From: an uncultured Gammaproteobacteria bacterium
GTDB taxonomy: Bacteria; Patescibacteriota; Patescibacteriia; UBA1558; GWA2-36-10
DNA length: 55,651 nt
NCBI GenBank assembly: GCA_964515785.1
Contig: CAZEWH010000005.1
Location: 1 to 55,651 of the forward strand
Reading direction: 5' to 3'
Positions within the stretch are counted from its first letter, which is position 1; each line of letters starts with the position of its first letter. Below are positions 26,798 through 36,172 of this stretch, one piece after another. Under the pieces are notes generated by a model. It did not search any database, was not told the origin of the DNA, and was given only the letters and a program-made list of their open reading frames with translations. A program made the position numbers and the translations under genes.

Positions 26798-28651
26798 TTA
26801 TTTAGTTAGAGTCCTCTTGGTTTTTATGTACCAAGAATTAATATTGTTAAAACGATCAGCTGGCAAGTTTATAAATTGGAGAGACTCCAATCCTTTGATT
26901 TTGCTAGCTGTCGGATAAGTATAAGTAGGATTGTATAAAAATATAGCAAAGTTTAGTTCTAGTAATTTTTTTTGAAAATTAACTAGTGGTTCAATTTTTG
27001 CTTGATCAGTTTTGGCATTTCGGGCTTCTTCTAGATAAGCATCAATATCTTTGTTAGCCAAGACGCTTAAGTTTAAACCAGGATGTTTATTTTGACTAGA
27101 ATGCCAAAAAGGATATGGTCCAGAATTTATATTTATCAATTCACCAAAGACAAGTACTTCATATTTGCGAGAATCAATCACATCTTTTTTGATTTTATCT
27201 TTTGGTATTATATCAAGAGTGGTTTTGATACCAATTGCTTCCCAATTTTCTTTGATAATAGAGACAATTTTGACACTGGCTGATTGATCAATAGTAGTTA
27301 GCTTTATAGATAGTTCTTCTACTTGATCTTCTTCGTCATCATCTCCTTCTACGGTTTTTGTTCTAAATTGTTGATCTTCAGACAAAGTCCAACCAAGTTC
27401 ATCTAAAATACCAGTAGCAGCTACGGTATTGTACTCAGCAGCTTTGATTGATTCATCATAGCCAGTCATGCCAGGTAAGATAGGAGTGTGGATGATTTGG
27501 CCAGCTCCATTTAGGACTTCAGTCAAAATCCTTTGTTTATCTACACCAAGAGACAAGGCTTGACGAAAATCTTTGTCACTCAATAAGCTATTATTGTTTG
27601 GGTTAAAGAAAACAGATGTATATTGAGGATAATGTAAATCGTGTAGATTTATTTTTTTGTTATTTATTTGGTCTTTATTTTCTTCTGGTAAATAAGTAAG
27701 ACCTTCGACATTTTTATTTTGTAAGGCCATCACACCAGTCATAAAGTCTTCATAAAATTTGAAAGACAGTTCTTTGATATAAGCATTATCAAGATGGTAG
27801 TCTTCAAAAATTTCCAAACTATAATTTTTTATATTGCCATTTGTATCTTTGGTCAAAGATTTAAATTTATAAGGACCAGATCCAACTGGTTTGGTATTGA
27901 GATCAGTCAGAGCAGCACTAAAAGACGGTATACTATACCAAAGATGCTCAGGTATGATGCCAACTGTCATTATAGAAAGAAATGGCGTAAATGGTTTGGC
28001 CAATTTAAATTGTACGGTACGATCATTGATGCGTATGACATCTACTCCAGAAAAACTATTTTTTAGAGGACTTTTAAAATCTGGGTCAGTAATTCTTTCA
28101 ATAGTAAAGATGATATCATCAGCAGTCAGGGGATGGCCGTCATGCCATTTGAGATTTGGTTTTAGCTCAAAAGTATAAGTGGTAGCCTCAGCATCTATAG
28201 TATAAGCACTGGCTAGATCAGGTACGATCTCGCCATTAGAATTCAATTTTACTAGTCCAGAGAATACCAATCTAACTAGATCACGATCAACATCAGTATT
28301 TGCCAAAATTGGATTGACAAATTGTGGAGCGCCAATAAGTCCCTCAGTATAAGTACCACCAACAGCTGGTACTTCGATAGAATTACGCCAATACATGCGC
28401 CAAGTAAAAGTACTAGCTGAAATCAAAAATACTAATAAAATTATTAATAATTTTATTTTTTCTGGTTTTTGCAAAATTTTTGATAGTTGTTTGAGTTGAG
28501 ACCAACTTGGAATTTTCTTTTTATTTAGTTGCAAGAGCAATTGTTGGTTTATATCATCATCAACTGGTTGTTTTAGACTGTCTTTAGTCTTATTAAATAT
28601 ACTTAAAAAACCACCAGATAACTTGCTTGTTTTTTGTTTAACAAAAAACAC
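26798..28651 (-). CDS. Family 5 (peptide/nickel, OppA-like) ABC substrate-binding protein, membrane-anchored
   Basis: N-terminal TM KLLIILLVFLISASTF. Typical SBP_bac_5 blocks (GLVKLNSNGEIVPDLA, KWHDGHPLTADDIIFT, GSGPYKF). No permease or ATPase genes are adjacent. Confidence 0.75.
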   Translation of the reverse strand: MFFVKQKTSKLSGGFLSIFNKTKDSLKQPVDDDINQQLLLQLNKKKIPSWSQLKQLSKILQKPEKIKLLIILLVFLISASTFTWRMYWRNSIEVPAVGGTYTEGLIGAPQFVNPILANTDVDRDLVRLVFSGLVKLNSNGEIVPDLASAYTIDAEATTYTFELKPNLKWHDGHPLTADDIIFTIERITDPDFKSPLKNSFSGVDVIRINDRTVQFKLAKPFTPFLSIMTVGIIPEHLWYSIPSFSAALTDLNTKPVGSGPYKFKSLTKDTNGNIKNYSLEIFEDYHLDNAYIKELSFKFYEDFMTGVMALQNKNVEGLTYLPEENKDQINNKKINLHDLHYPQYTSVFFNPNNNSLLSDKDFRQALSLGVDKQRILTEVLNGAGQIIHTPILPGMTGYDESIKAAEYNTVAATGILDELGWTLSEDQQFRTKTVEGDDDEEDQVEELSIKLTTIDQSASVKIVSIIKENWEAIGIKTTLDIIPKDKIKKDVIDSRKYEVLVFGELININSGPYPFWHSSQNKHPGLNLSVLANKDIDAYLEEARNAKTDQAKIEPLVNFQKKLLELNFAIFLYNPTYTYPTASKIKGLESLQFINLPADRFNNINSWYIKTKRTLTK

Positions 28652-28700
28652 TGTTTTCTTAAAAATTTTTGAGAGAGACTTGATAGTTTTGCTTTAATTT

Positions 28701-28919
28701 TTAAACTATAAAGAAATTGGCAATAGCACTTGCCAAAAATAAAATTGCTAAGATAATAGTCAAACGGACTATAAATTTTTCTGGGCCTCTTTTTGTACGA
28801 GGTACGCCACTATCACCACCAAAGGCAGAGCCTAAACCAGAGCCTTTTTGTTGAATCAAAATAGCAACCATCAAGAGGACAGAAATAATAATTTGGATTG
28901 TATAGAGTATATTTTGCAT
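28701..28919 (-). CDS. secG: Preprotein translocase subunit SecG
   Basis: 72 aa with two TM helices and ILIQQKGSGLGSAFGG, characteristic of SecG. Confidence 0.8.
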   Translation of the reverse strand: MQNILYTIQIIISVLLMVAILIQQKGSGLGSAFGGDSGVPRTKRGPEKFIVRLTIILAILFLASAIANFFIV

Positions 28920-28969
28920 TAGTATAAAATTTGCAGGACTTATGTATACTAGCAGGAAAGCATATTTTT

Positions 28970-29019
28970 GTCAATCCCGCCTACGGACGGGATTGATCCC
29001 GCTAGAGGCGGCGATCAAG
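28970..29019. repeat. GC-rich double hairpin element (GGGATTGATCC family)
   Basis: gtcaatcccgcctacggacgggattgatcccgctagaggcggcgatcaag lies between secG and uvrC. Confidence 0.5.
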
Positions 29020-29026
29020 AATTAGG

Positions 29027-30607
29027 CTATTTATAGCTCTGACTATGCTGTTTTCTATAATGATTTATAGCAAAACGATGAGCTTGATTGCGCATATGCT
29101 GTAATAACAAGGAAATAGGGTTATTTTGGGCTATTTTAAGAGATTTAGACTTACCCGGCAAGAATATTTCTTCCTGTTTTTTAGCTAAGGCAATTACTTT
29201 AGATTGCCAGATTTTTGGCAAAGCAGGATAGACTATATTCAGTTGAGGCTTACCACCATCCAAAATTATCAGATCTGGACTTGACCATTCGCTATGCTTG
29301 GTACGACGCTCTAAAACTTGCTTGAGCATGGCTGTGTCATTGGCTTGCTTTATACCTTTTATCTTAAAAATTCTATATTGATCACTATCTATCTTGCCAT
29401 TAGTAAAAACTATCATTGATCCCATGGCATATTGGCCCTGGATGTTTGAAATGTCATAAACTTCTATGCGATTTGGGAAGTCTGCTAGTTTTAATAATTT
29501 TTGTAAGTTTAATAAAATTTGACTTTGTTTATTATTTAGATTTTTTTCTAAATAATCACGAGCATTTTGTTTTATTAATTCCAATAATTGTTTATTTTGA
29601 CCACGTTGGGGAATAATTAGTTTGGTTTTATTTTTTATTAGAATATTTTGTTGTCTTATTTTTGTAGGCAATATAATTTCTTTCGGGGCTTGCAGGCCAC
29701 GAGTATAAAATTGATTTATAAAATTTTCCAAAATACTTTTATTATCTAAATTTAATTTATTATTAATTTTAAAATTAAATTTATCACCCAACACTCCAGA
29801 TCTTACTTGCATCAGAGTAATTATTACTATCTGTCCAGCTTGAGCTAAGTTAATTATATCTTGATTTATTTTTTTAGAGCGAATTATTTTTTGTTTATCT
29901 TGTAATCTCTGCAAAGATAATAATTGATCTCGTTTTAGTTTGGCTAGTTCATAATTTTTGTCACTACTAGCTTTTAAAATTTGTTTACGCAAATTTTCAG
30001 CCAAATTTTTTGTATGGCCATTTAATAAATTTTTAACTTGTTTAATATTTTTTTCATAATTAACTAAGCTAACCAATTTTTCACAAGGTCCCTGGCATCT
30101 GCCCATGTGATACTCCAGGCAAACTTTGCCTTTAGGTAATTTTGACAAATTACGGCGACAGGTTCGTAATGGTAAAATACGATGAAGCATTTTGACAATT
30201 ATGCGAGCAGATTGTGTAGAAGTATAAGGACCAAAATATTGGCCACGACGTCGTTGTCTACCATGGACCACTGACACTCTAGGAAAGTTTTCGTCATGTA
30301 TTAATATATAACCCCAATTTTTATCGTCCTTGAGAGCAATATTATACTTGGGTTGATGTTTTCTGATTTGTTCAGCTTCGAGTAATAGACTCTCTAATTC
30401 ACTATCTACAATAGTATAATTAATTTTATAAACTTCAGAGATCATTTGCTGTTTCTGAGCTGTGAGCTCAGTAGATTTTGTCCAATAGGATTTGACGCGA
30501 TTACGCAAGTTTTTAGCTTTACCAATATAAATAATCTCTCTACTTTTATTAAGGAAGAAATATATTCCTGGCTTATTTGATATTTTGCTAAAATTAGGTT
30601 TGCTCAT
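29027..30607 (-). CDS. uvrC: Excinuclease ABC subunit C, lacking the C-terminal (HhH)2 domain
   Basis: GIY-YIG N-terminus KPGIYFFLNKSREIIYIGKAKNLRNRV, UvrBC region, and endonuclease domain ending ..RNQAHRFAINHYRKQHSQSYK. Start chosen at the ATG at 30607; the ORF extension to 30700 translates a palindromic element. Confidence 0.9.
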   Translation of the reverse strand: MSKPNFSKISNKPGIYFFLNKSREIIYIGKAKNLRNRVKSYWTKSTELTAQKQQMISEVYKINYTIVDSELESLLLEAEQIRKHQPKYNIALKDDKNWGYILIHDENFPRVSVVHGRQRRRGQYFGPYTSTQSARIIVKMLHRILPLRTCRRNLSKLPKGKVCLEYHMGRCQGPCEKLVSLVNYEKNIKQVKNLLNGHTKNLAENLRKQILKASSDKNYELAKLKRDQLLSLQRLQDKQKIIRSKKINQDIINLAQAGQIVIITLMQVRSGVLGDKFNFKINNKLNLDNKSILENFINQFYTRGLQAPKEIILPTKIRQQNILIKNKTKLIIPQRGQNKQLLELIKQNARDYLEKNLNNKQSQILLNLQKLLKLADFPNRIEVYDISNIQGQYAMGSMIVFTNGKIDSDQYRIFKIKGIKQANDTAMLKQVLERRTKHSEWSSPDLIILDGGKPQLNIVYPALPKIWQSKVIALAKKQEEIFLPGKSKSLKIAQNNPISLLLQHMRNQAHRFAINHYRKQHSQSYK

Positions 30608-30640
30608 GAGATAAATATAGACAATTTTTGCACATAAAAC

Positions 30641-30672
30641 AACCCGACGGGTCGAAATCGACCCGTCGGGTT
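30641..30672. repeat. CCCGNCGGGTC palindrome in a divergent promoter/leader region
   Basis: aacccgacgggtcgaaatcgacccgtcgggtt is an inverted-orientation relative of 24836-24863. It lies between the uvrC start and the promoter of the 30785 gene. Confidence 0.6.
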
Positions 30673-30731
30673 GTTTAAACATTGACATAATATCAAACAA
30701 ATACTATTTTAGATGGGTGGTAGGGCTTAGG

Positions 30732-30750
30732 TTTTGACATAGTGTCAAAA
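30732..30750 (+). promoter_or_regulatory. Perfect 8-bp inverted repeat in the leader of the 30785 gene (candidate operator or RNA hairpin)
   Basis: ttttgaca-tag-tgtcaaaa. A related imperfect palindrome ttgacataatatcaa (30682-30696) overlaps the putative -35 box. Confidence 0.35.
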
Positions 30751-30784
30751 TAGGGGTTAGGCCACAAACAAGGAGATAAGATAA

Positions 30785-31459
30785 ATGTCTCGTCAAACAA
30801 GTAGTATCAAGAGTGGTTTGGACAAAGGTCGCGAAATCGTTTTTTCATTACTCGAGGGTATTGAAGATGCAGGTGGTAATGAAGATGATGTTCGCCGTCT
30901 TAATACCAATCCTCATCTCAAGGCACAAGTTGGCAAGCTTATCATGATCCACAAAGACATGATGACTCGTCAGGTAACAGTAGACTGGCACCATACCCCT
31001 GAGGACTTACTTAGGACGACTGGTTGTCAGCAAAACCTTACAGAGGGAGGTATCGAAAGTATACCTTTACCTGTTAAAAAGCCACTTATGCCTGAAGTGA
31101 TGGATCTTTGGCTCTTTCGCATTGGTCGCGAAGTCAAAGACCCTGAAGAGATCTTTAGGGAGTACAAACTACGTGGTCTCAAGCCTGCACCTTTTCATGC
31201 TGTAGTTCAGCTCAATATCGATGATCCATTCTTGGCTCATCGCTGTAATAGTAAGACTTACTGGCGTGATGCAGAGGGTCGATTGTTTAGTGTTCGTTTT
31301 GATACTTGGCACTCTAGGTCATCTGATAAAAATCCTCGAGTTAGTCGAGTAATGCTCCAGGCTTATGACCCAGCCATTATCGAATCTGGTCGTTACAACT
31401 ACTGGTGTGACCAAGATTGGCTAGTAGGTGTCGCTGATGACTTAGTCTGCTTGGTCTAG
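30785..31459 (+). CDS. Hypothetical protein (224 aa), GC-richer gene inserted between uvrC and uvrA
   Basis: Strong SD aaggagat, ATG start, TAG stop, then the terminator ccccatacatggtatggggttttt. No recognisable domain. Confidence 0.6.
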   Translation: MSRQTSSIKSGLDKGREIVFSLLEGIEDAGGNEDDVRRLNTNPHLKAQVGKLIMIHKDMMTRQVTVDWHHTPEDLLRTTGCQQNLTEGGIESIPLPVKKPLMPEVMDLWLFRIGREVKDPEEIFREYKLRGLKPAPFHAVVQLNIDDPFLAHRCNSKTYWRDAEGRLFSVRFDTWHSRSSDKNPRVSRVMLQAYDPAIIESGRYNYWCDQDWLVGVADDLVCLV

Positions 31460-31500
31460 ATCTCTATACCCCATACATGGTATGGGGTTTTTGTTTTATA

Positions 31501-31556
31501 CCCCCTCTCTTTCTCCCCCTAATCTAGGGGGAGATGTCCGCTAGGACAGTGGGGGT
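31501..31556. repeat. TCCCCC..GGGGGA..GGGGG element upstream of uvrA
   Basis: ccccctctctttctccccctaatctagggggagatgtccgctaggacagtgggggt. Confidence 0.5.
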
Positions 31557-31649
31557 ATTATGACAAGCAACTATTAGTTCTTGACAGCTCATCAAATACA
31601 TGATATCATTTTTCAGATTATCGTTATCATAAATTATCTAAAATAATAT

Positions 31650-34502
31650 ATGCCAAAAAACATAACTATCAAAGGAGCGGCGGTTCACAACTTACAAAAT
31701 GTTGATGTAAAAATTCCACGAGATAAATTTGTGGTTATCACTGGCTTGTCAGGCAGTGGTAAATCTTCTCTGGCCTTTGATACGATCTATGCCGAAGGGC
31801 AAAGGCGTTATGTAGAATCACTGTCTTCTTATGCAAGACAGTTTTTAGGTTTGATGGACAAGCCTGATGTAGAGCAAATAGATGGTCTATCTCCAGCTAT
31901 TTCTATAGATCAGAGATCTTCTTCTCGTAATCCACGCTCTACAGTAGGAACTGTGACAGAAATTTATGATTATCTTAGATTATTGTTTGCCAAAATTGGT
32001 GTGCCTCATTGTCACAAATGTAATAAAGCAGTTGTCAGACAAACTCAACAACAAATTACAGAAAAGATTTGGAATCTTCCTGCTGAAACTGACTTTATGT
32101 TGATGGCTCCAATTGTCCGTGACAAAAAAGGTGAACATCGCAAAGCTCTAGAAAGAGTCAAAACAGCTGGTTATCGCAAAGTGCGACTTGATGGTGATTT
32201 GATTACTCTAGATGAAGCTCTAGGAGCTGAGCTTGATAAATATAAAAAGCATACTATAGAAGTAGTGATTGATCGTTTGCGACGTGATGGTACCAAAGAA
32301 ACCAAAAGTCGCTTGCAACAATCTCTAGAAACTTGTCTTGATTATGGCAATGGCTTTATAGTAATCAATTTACCTAAAGAAAATAAAGACTTGCCATTTT
32401 CTGAACACTTTACTTGTCCTGATCATTCTGAAGTTAGTTTTGCAGAAATAGAATCTCGTGATTTTTCATTCAATAGTCCTCATGGAGCTTGTCCAACTTG
32501 TACAGGTTTGGGCACCAAGCTGACTGTTGATCCTGATTTGGTCATTCCCAACAAAAGATTAGCCATAGCCGAAGGTGCTATCCGTCCTTGGTCACGTACT
32601 GCTGCCAATCAAGGTTGGTTTTCTGTTATTTTGGAAGCAGTTGCCAAAAAATATAAATTTTCTACTAGAGTGCCAGTCGCCAAACTAACCAAAAAACAAT
32701 TGGATTTGATTTTCCATGGTACTGGTGATCAAAAGTATGATGTTGATTGGAATAGTAACAAATTTAACGGAAATTATAATGCTACTTTTGAAGGAGTAAT
32801 TCCTAATCTAGAAAGACGTTATCGTGAAACTGATTCTGATTATATTCGTTCTGAGATTGAACGTTATATGAAGATAGAACTTTGTGAATCTTGCCAAGGT
32901 AAGAGACTTAAGCCAAGAGCTCTGTCTGTCAAAGTCAACCAACAAAGCATTGCTGATGTCTCAGCAATGAATATTGATGAATTACAAAAGTTTTTCAATG
33001 CTTTGCCAAAGCAATTAAACGAACGAGAGATGTTGATTGCCAAACAAATCTTACGGGAAATAAAAGACAGATTACAGTTTTTAAACAACGTAGGTTTGAA
33101 TTATCTGACTCTAGATCGGACAGCCAATACTTTGTCTGGTGGTGAAGCTCAGCGTATCAGACTAGCTACTCAGATTGGTTCATCTTTGACTGGTGTTTTG
33201 TATATCCTTGATGAGCCGTCTATTGGTCTGCATCAGCGAGACAATGCTCGTCTGATCAAAACTTTGCAGGATCTCAGAGATTTAGGTAATACAGTCATAG
33301 TAGTAGAGCATGATGAAGAAACTATTTTGGCAGCTGATCATGTCATAGATATTGGTCCAGGAGCTGGCAAACATGGTGGAAAGATTGTAGCTCAAGGTAC
33401 TTTTCAGACTATCAAGAAAAATAAAAAATCTTTGACTGGTCAGTATTTGTCTGGTAGCAAAGTCGTGCCAGCACCCAAAAAATATCGAACTGGCAATGGT
33501 AAAGAGTTAGCTATTATTGGAGCAGAAGAATTTAATCTCAAAAATATAGATGTTAGTTTTCCGCTTGGCAGATTTATTAGTATTACTGGTGTTTCAGGAT
33601 CAGGTAAATCTACTTTGATGACTGAAATTTTGGCCAAGTCTTTGTCCAAGCATTTTTATAGAGCCAAAGATGATCCAGGAAAGCACAAAGAAATCACAGG
33701 TCTTGAAAATATCGACAAAGTAATCAATATAGATCAATCGCCTATAGGCAGAACGCCACGATCCAATCCAGCAACTTATACTGGTGTCTTTACATATATA
33801 AGAGATTTGTTTGCAGAGCTGCCTGAGGCAAAAATTCGTGGCTACAAAGCTGGACGCTTTAGTTTCAACGTCAAAGGTGGCCGTTGTGAAGCTTGCCAAG
33901 GCGATGGAGTCATAAAAATAGAAATGAACTTTTTACCAAATGTCTATGTTGAGTGTAAAGAATGTCATGGTAAACGCTACAATGATGAAGCTCTAGAGAT
34001 TCATTATAAAGGCAAAGACATTTCAGAAATATTATCTCTGACTACTGAAGAAGCCATGAATTTTTTCTCAAATATTCCAAATATTTTCAATAAACTCAAA
34101 ACCTTAGTTGATGTTGGTCTTGGTTATATCCAGCTAGGTCAACCAGCCACTACTTTGTCTGGTGGTGAAGCGCAGAGAATTAAATTGGCGACAGAACTTT
34201 CTCGCAGATCAAGTGGTAAGACTTTATATATTCTTGATGAACCAACTACTGGTTTGCATTTTGATGATGTCAAAAGACTGCTTGAAGTCTTGCATCGTCT
34301 GGTAGACAAAGGAAATACTGTCTTGGTGATTGAACACAATCTTGATGTAATCAAATCTTCTGACTGGGTTGTCGATCTAGGACCTGGTGGAGGAGACAAA
34401 GGTGGTAATGTAGTAGCTGAAGGCACGCCTCGGCAAGTTGCCAAAGTCAAACAAAGTTATACTGGTCAATATCTAGCTGATATGTTTGCCAAGAAAAAAT
34501 AA
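31650..34502 (+). CDS. uvrA: Excinuclease ABC subunit A
   Basis: Two ABC ATPase modules ([14 protein letters not shown]; [11 protein letters not shown]), LSGGEAQRI signature twice, and zinc-finger cysteines ([20 protein letters not shown]). Confidence 0.97.
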   Translation: MPKNITIKGAAVHNLQNVDVKIPRDKFVVITGLSGSGKSSLAFDTIYAEGQRRYVESLSSYARQFLGLMDKPDVEQIDGLSPAISIDQRSSSRNPRSTVGTVTEIYDYLRLLFAKIGVPHCHKCNKAVVRQTQQQITEKIWNLPAETDFMLMAPIVRDKKGEHRKALERVKTAGYRKVRLDGDLITLDEALGAELDKYKKHTIEVVIDRLRRDGTKETKSRLQQSLETCLDYGNGFIVINLPKENKDLPFSEHFTCPDHSEVSFAEIESRDFSFNSPHGACPTCTGLGTKLTVDPDLVIPNKRLAIAEGAIRPWSRTAANQGWFSVILEAVAKKYKFSTRVPVAKLTKKQLDLIFHGTGDQKYDVDWNSNKFNGNYNATFEGVIPNLERRYRETDSDYIRSEIERYMKIELCESCQGKRLKPRALSVKVNQQSIADVSAMNIDELQKFFNALPKQLNEREMLIAKQILREIKDRLQFLNNVGLNYLTLDRTANTLSGGEAQRIRLATQIGSSLTGVLYILDEPSIGLHQRDNARLIKTLQDLRDLGNTVIVVEHDEETILAADHVIDIGPGAGKHGGKIVAQGTFQTIKKNKKSLTGQYLSGSKVVPAPKKYRTGNGKELAIIGAEEFNLKNIDVSFPLGRFISITGVSGSGKSTLMTEILAKSLSKHFYRAKDDPGKHKEITGLENIDKVINIDQSPIGRTPRSNPATYTGVFTYIRDLFAELPEAKIRGYKAGRFSFNVKGGRCEACQGDGVIKIEMNFLPNVYVECKECHGKRYNDEALEIHYKGKDISEILSLTTEEAMNFFSNIPNIFNKLKTLVDVGLGYIQLGQPATTLSGGEAQRIKLATELSRRSSGKTLYILDEPTTGLHFDDVKRLLEVLHRLVDKGNTVLVIEHNLDVIKSSDWVVDLGPGGGDKGGNVVAEGTPRQVAKVKQSYTGQYLADMFAKKK

Positions 34503-34510
34503 TTTTTATA

Positions 34511-34547
34511 TTAGACCCGCGAGGTTCTAGAACCTCGCGGGTCTTTA
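34511..34547 (+). terminator. Intrinsic terminator, 37-nt sequence repeated identically at 53496-53532
   Basis: ttagacccgcgaggttctagaacctcgcgggtcttta. Confidence 0.75.
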
Positions 34548-34619
34548 GTTTATTTGACAAAACATGTTAAATATAATACTTTTATTTTGTTTTAAGCGTT
34601 CCTTGAACAGGAGAAGATC

Positions 34620-34874
34620 ATGGCTAAAAAGAAGTCGCCTCGAGATAAAGTTCTTCAAGTTCTTGTCAGTCACTTAGGTCCACAAATTAAAAAACTTTCA
34701 GATTTTGAAATGCTGGAGCTAATTTGTGACATTGAAGAAGTGTTTGGCGAAAAATTTGATATAATTGATGATCCTGGAGTGGAAACTGTTCAGGATTATA
34801 TCGACTATTTCCGTCGAAACTTGGCTACACCTCGCAAACTTTTTTCTCGCCTAAGATCTTTAGGTGTTACCTAA
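34620..34874 (+). CDS. Small ACP-like protein with a divergent Ser motif
   Basis: LSDFEMLELICDIEEVFGEKFDI resembles ACP helix II (DSLD..EL....EEEFG) but is not canonical. SD aggagaag. GC-richer. Confidence 0.4.
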   Translation: MAKKKSPRDKVLQVLVSHLGPQIKKLSDFEMLELICDIEEVFGEKFDIIDDPGVETVQDYIDYFRRNLATPRKLFSRLRSLGVT

Positions 34875-34889
34875 ACCCAGGAGGAAAGT

Positions 34890-35132
34890 ATGGAAGGCAC
34901 GATTCAAGAACGGCTGTACAAAGTCATCGAAACTGAGCTAGGTGTCAAACCTGAAGAAATCAAGCCTGAGGCTTCGTTTACCGAAGATCTGGGAGCTGAT
35001 TCTCTCGATGCTACTGAAGTGATCATGAAGATCGAGGAAGAGTTTGACATTAGCATCGAAGACGATGATGCTGAGAAGATGACCACGGTCGGAGCTGCGC
35101 TTGAGTATCTCAAGCAACACGTCAGCGAATGA
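34890..35132 (+). CDS. acpP: Acyl carrier protein
   Basis: FTEDLGADSLDATEVIMKIEEEFDISI is a canonical phosphopantetheine-attachment motif. 80 aa. SD aggagg. Confidence 0.85.
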   Translation: MEGTIQERLYKVIETELGVKPEEIKPEASFTEDLGADSLDATEVIMKIEEEFDISIEDDDAEKMTTVGAALEYLKQHVSE

Positions 35133-35142
35133 TCATCTTCCC

Positions 35143-35172
35143 AAAGCCCTCTATTTGTAAGAGGGCTTTTTT
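35143..35172 (+). terminator. Intrinsic terminator after acpP
   Basis: aaagccctc-tatttgta-agagggctttttt. Confidence 0.7.
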
Positions 35173-35209
35173 ATTTGCCTAAAAACATGATTTTAAGTAA
35201 GATAAATTC

Positions 35210-36163
35210 ATGAGTAATTTGAATATTGCTATCCTAAAAACCATTGCTTTTTTTGATGTTTTCAACTATCCATTGACAGCTACTGAGATTTGGAAGTGGC
35301 TTTATAAACCAAACAAAGCCTATAGTTTGATTGAAATAAAAGAAGCTTTGGCTCATAGTCAATTTTTACATGGCAAGTTGTCTGCTATTGAGGGTTTTTA
35401 TTGTTTGCGTGATAGGGAGAGTACTTGTTATCTTAGAAAGAAAAATAATAATTTAGCTGAGCGTAAGTTTCGTAAAGCTCGCCGTTTGGTAAAATTATTT
35501 CGTTATATTCCTTATGTCCGGATGGTAGCAATTTGTAATTCATTGGCTTATAGCAATGCTCGTGATGATAGTGATATAGACTTTTTTATTATTACCAAAC
35601 ATGGTAAAATTTGGTTAGCAAGGTTTTTTACAGTTTTGATTGTCAAAATACTACGAGCTCAACCTCAACCAGACGAGAACAAAGATACTTTTTGTTTAAG
35701 TTTTTTTGTAGATGAATCCAATCTAAATATTCAAAACATAAAATTAAAAAACGATATTTATTATACTTATTGGCTTCAACAAATACTACCAATTTATGAT
35801 TCAGATAATTTATATTCAAAATTTATAAAAGCTAATAAAATAAATTTAGAATTTTTACCAAATTCTTATAGCAATACTTTTTCCAAAGAAGTAAAATTTA
35901 CTAAAGCTTCATTTATTATTAGCCGTATTATTGAATTTTTGACCTCACCACCAATTATAAACAAATTTACAGATGATGCTTATCGTAAAATTCAGAGTAA
36001 GATTATTGATAAAAACCTCAAAAGCATAATCAATATTGATACTAGAGTAGTAGTCAATGATCAGATGTTAAAATTTCATGCCAATGATCGTCGGGAAGAA
36101 TATTATAAAGCCTGGAAAGAGCGCATCAAGGATTTACTAAATCATTGCTCACTAAAATATTAA
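35210..36163 (+). CDS. Hypothetical protein, possible nucleotidyltransferase-fold domain
   Basis: ICNSLAYSNARDDSDIDFFIITKHGKIW resembles the G(S)-x-DxD Pol-beta-type NTase motif. Otherwise there are no recognisable motifs. Confidence 0.35.
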   Translation: MSNLNIAILKTIAFFDVFNYPLTATEIWKWLYKPNKAYSLIEIKEALAHSQFLHGKLSAIEGFYCLRDRESTCYLRKKNNNLAERKFRKARRLVKLFRYIPYVRMVAICNSLAYSNARDDSDIDFFIITKHGKIWLARFFTVLIVKILRAQPQPDENKDTFCLSFFVDESNLNIQNIKLKNDIYYTYWLQQILPIYDSDNLYSKFIKANKINLEFLPNSYSNTFSKEVKFTKASFIISRIIEFLTSPPIINKFTDDAYRKIQSKIIDKNLKSIINIDTRVVVNDQMLKFHANDRREEYYKAWKERIKDLLNHCSLKY

Positions 36164-36172
36164 AATAAATAT

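Noticed and set aside
34904-35120. Two antisense ORFs over acpP.
   Set aside because: acpP has the canonical DSLD motif and SD. The antisense products are Ser-rich low-complexity sequence.
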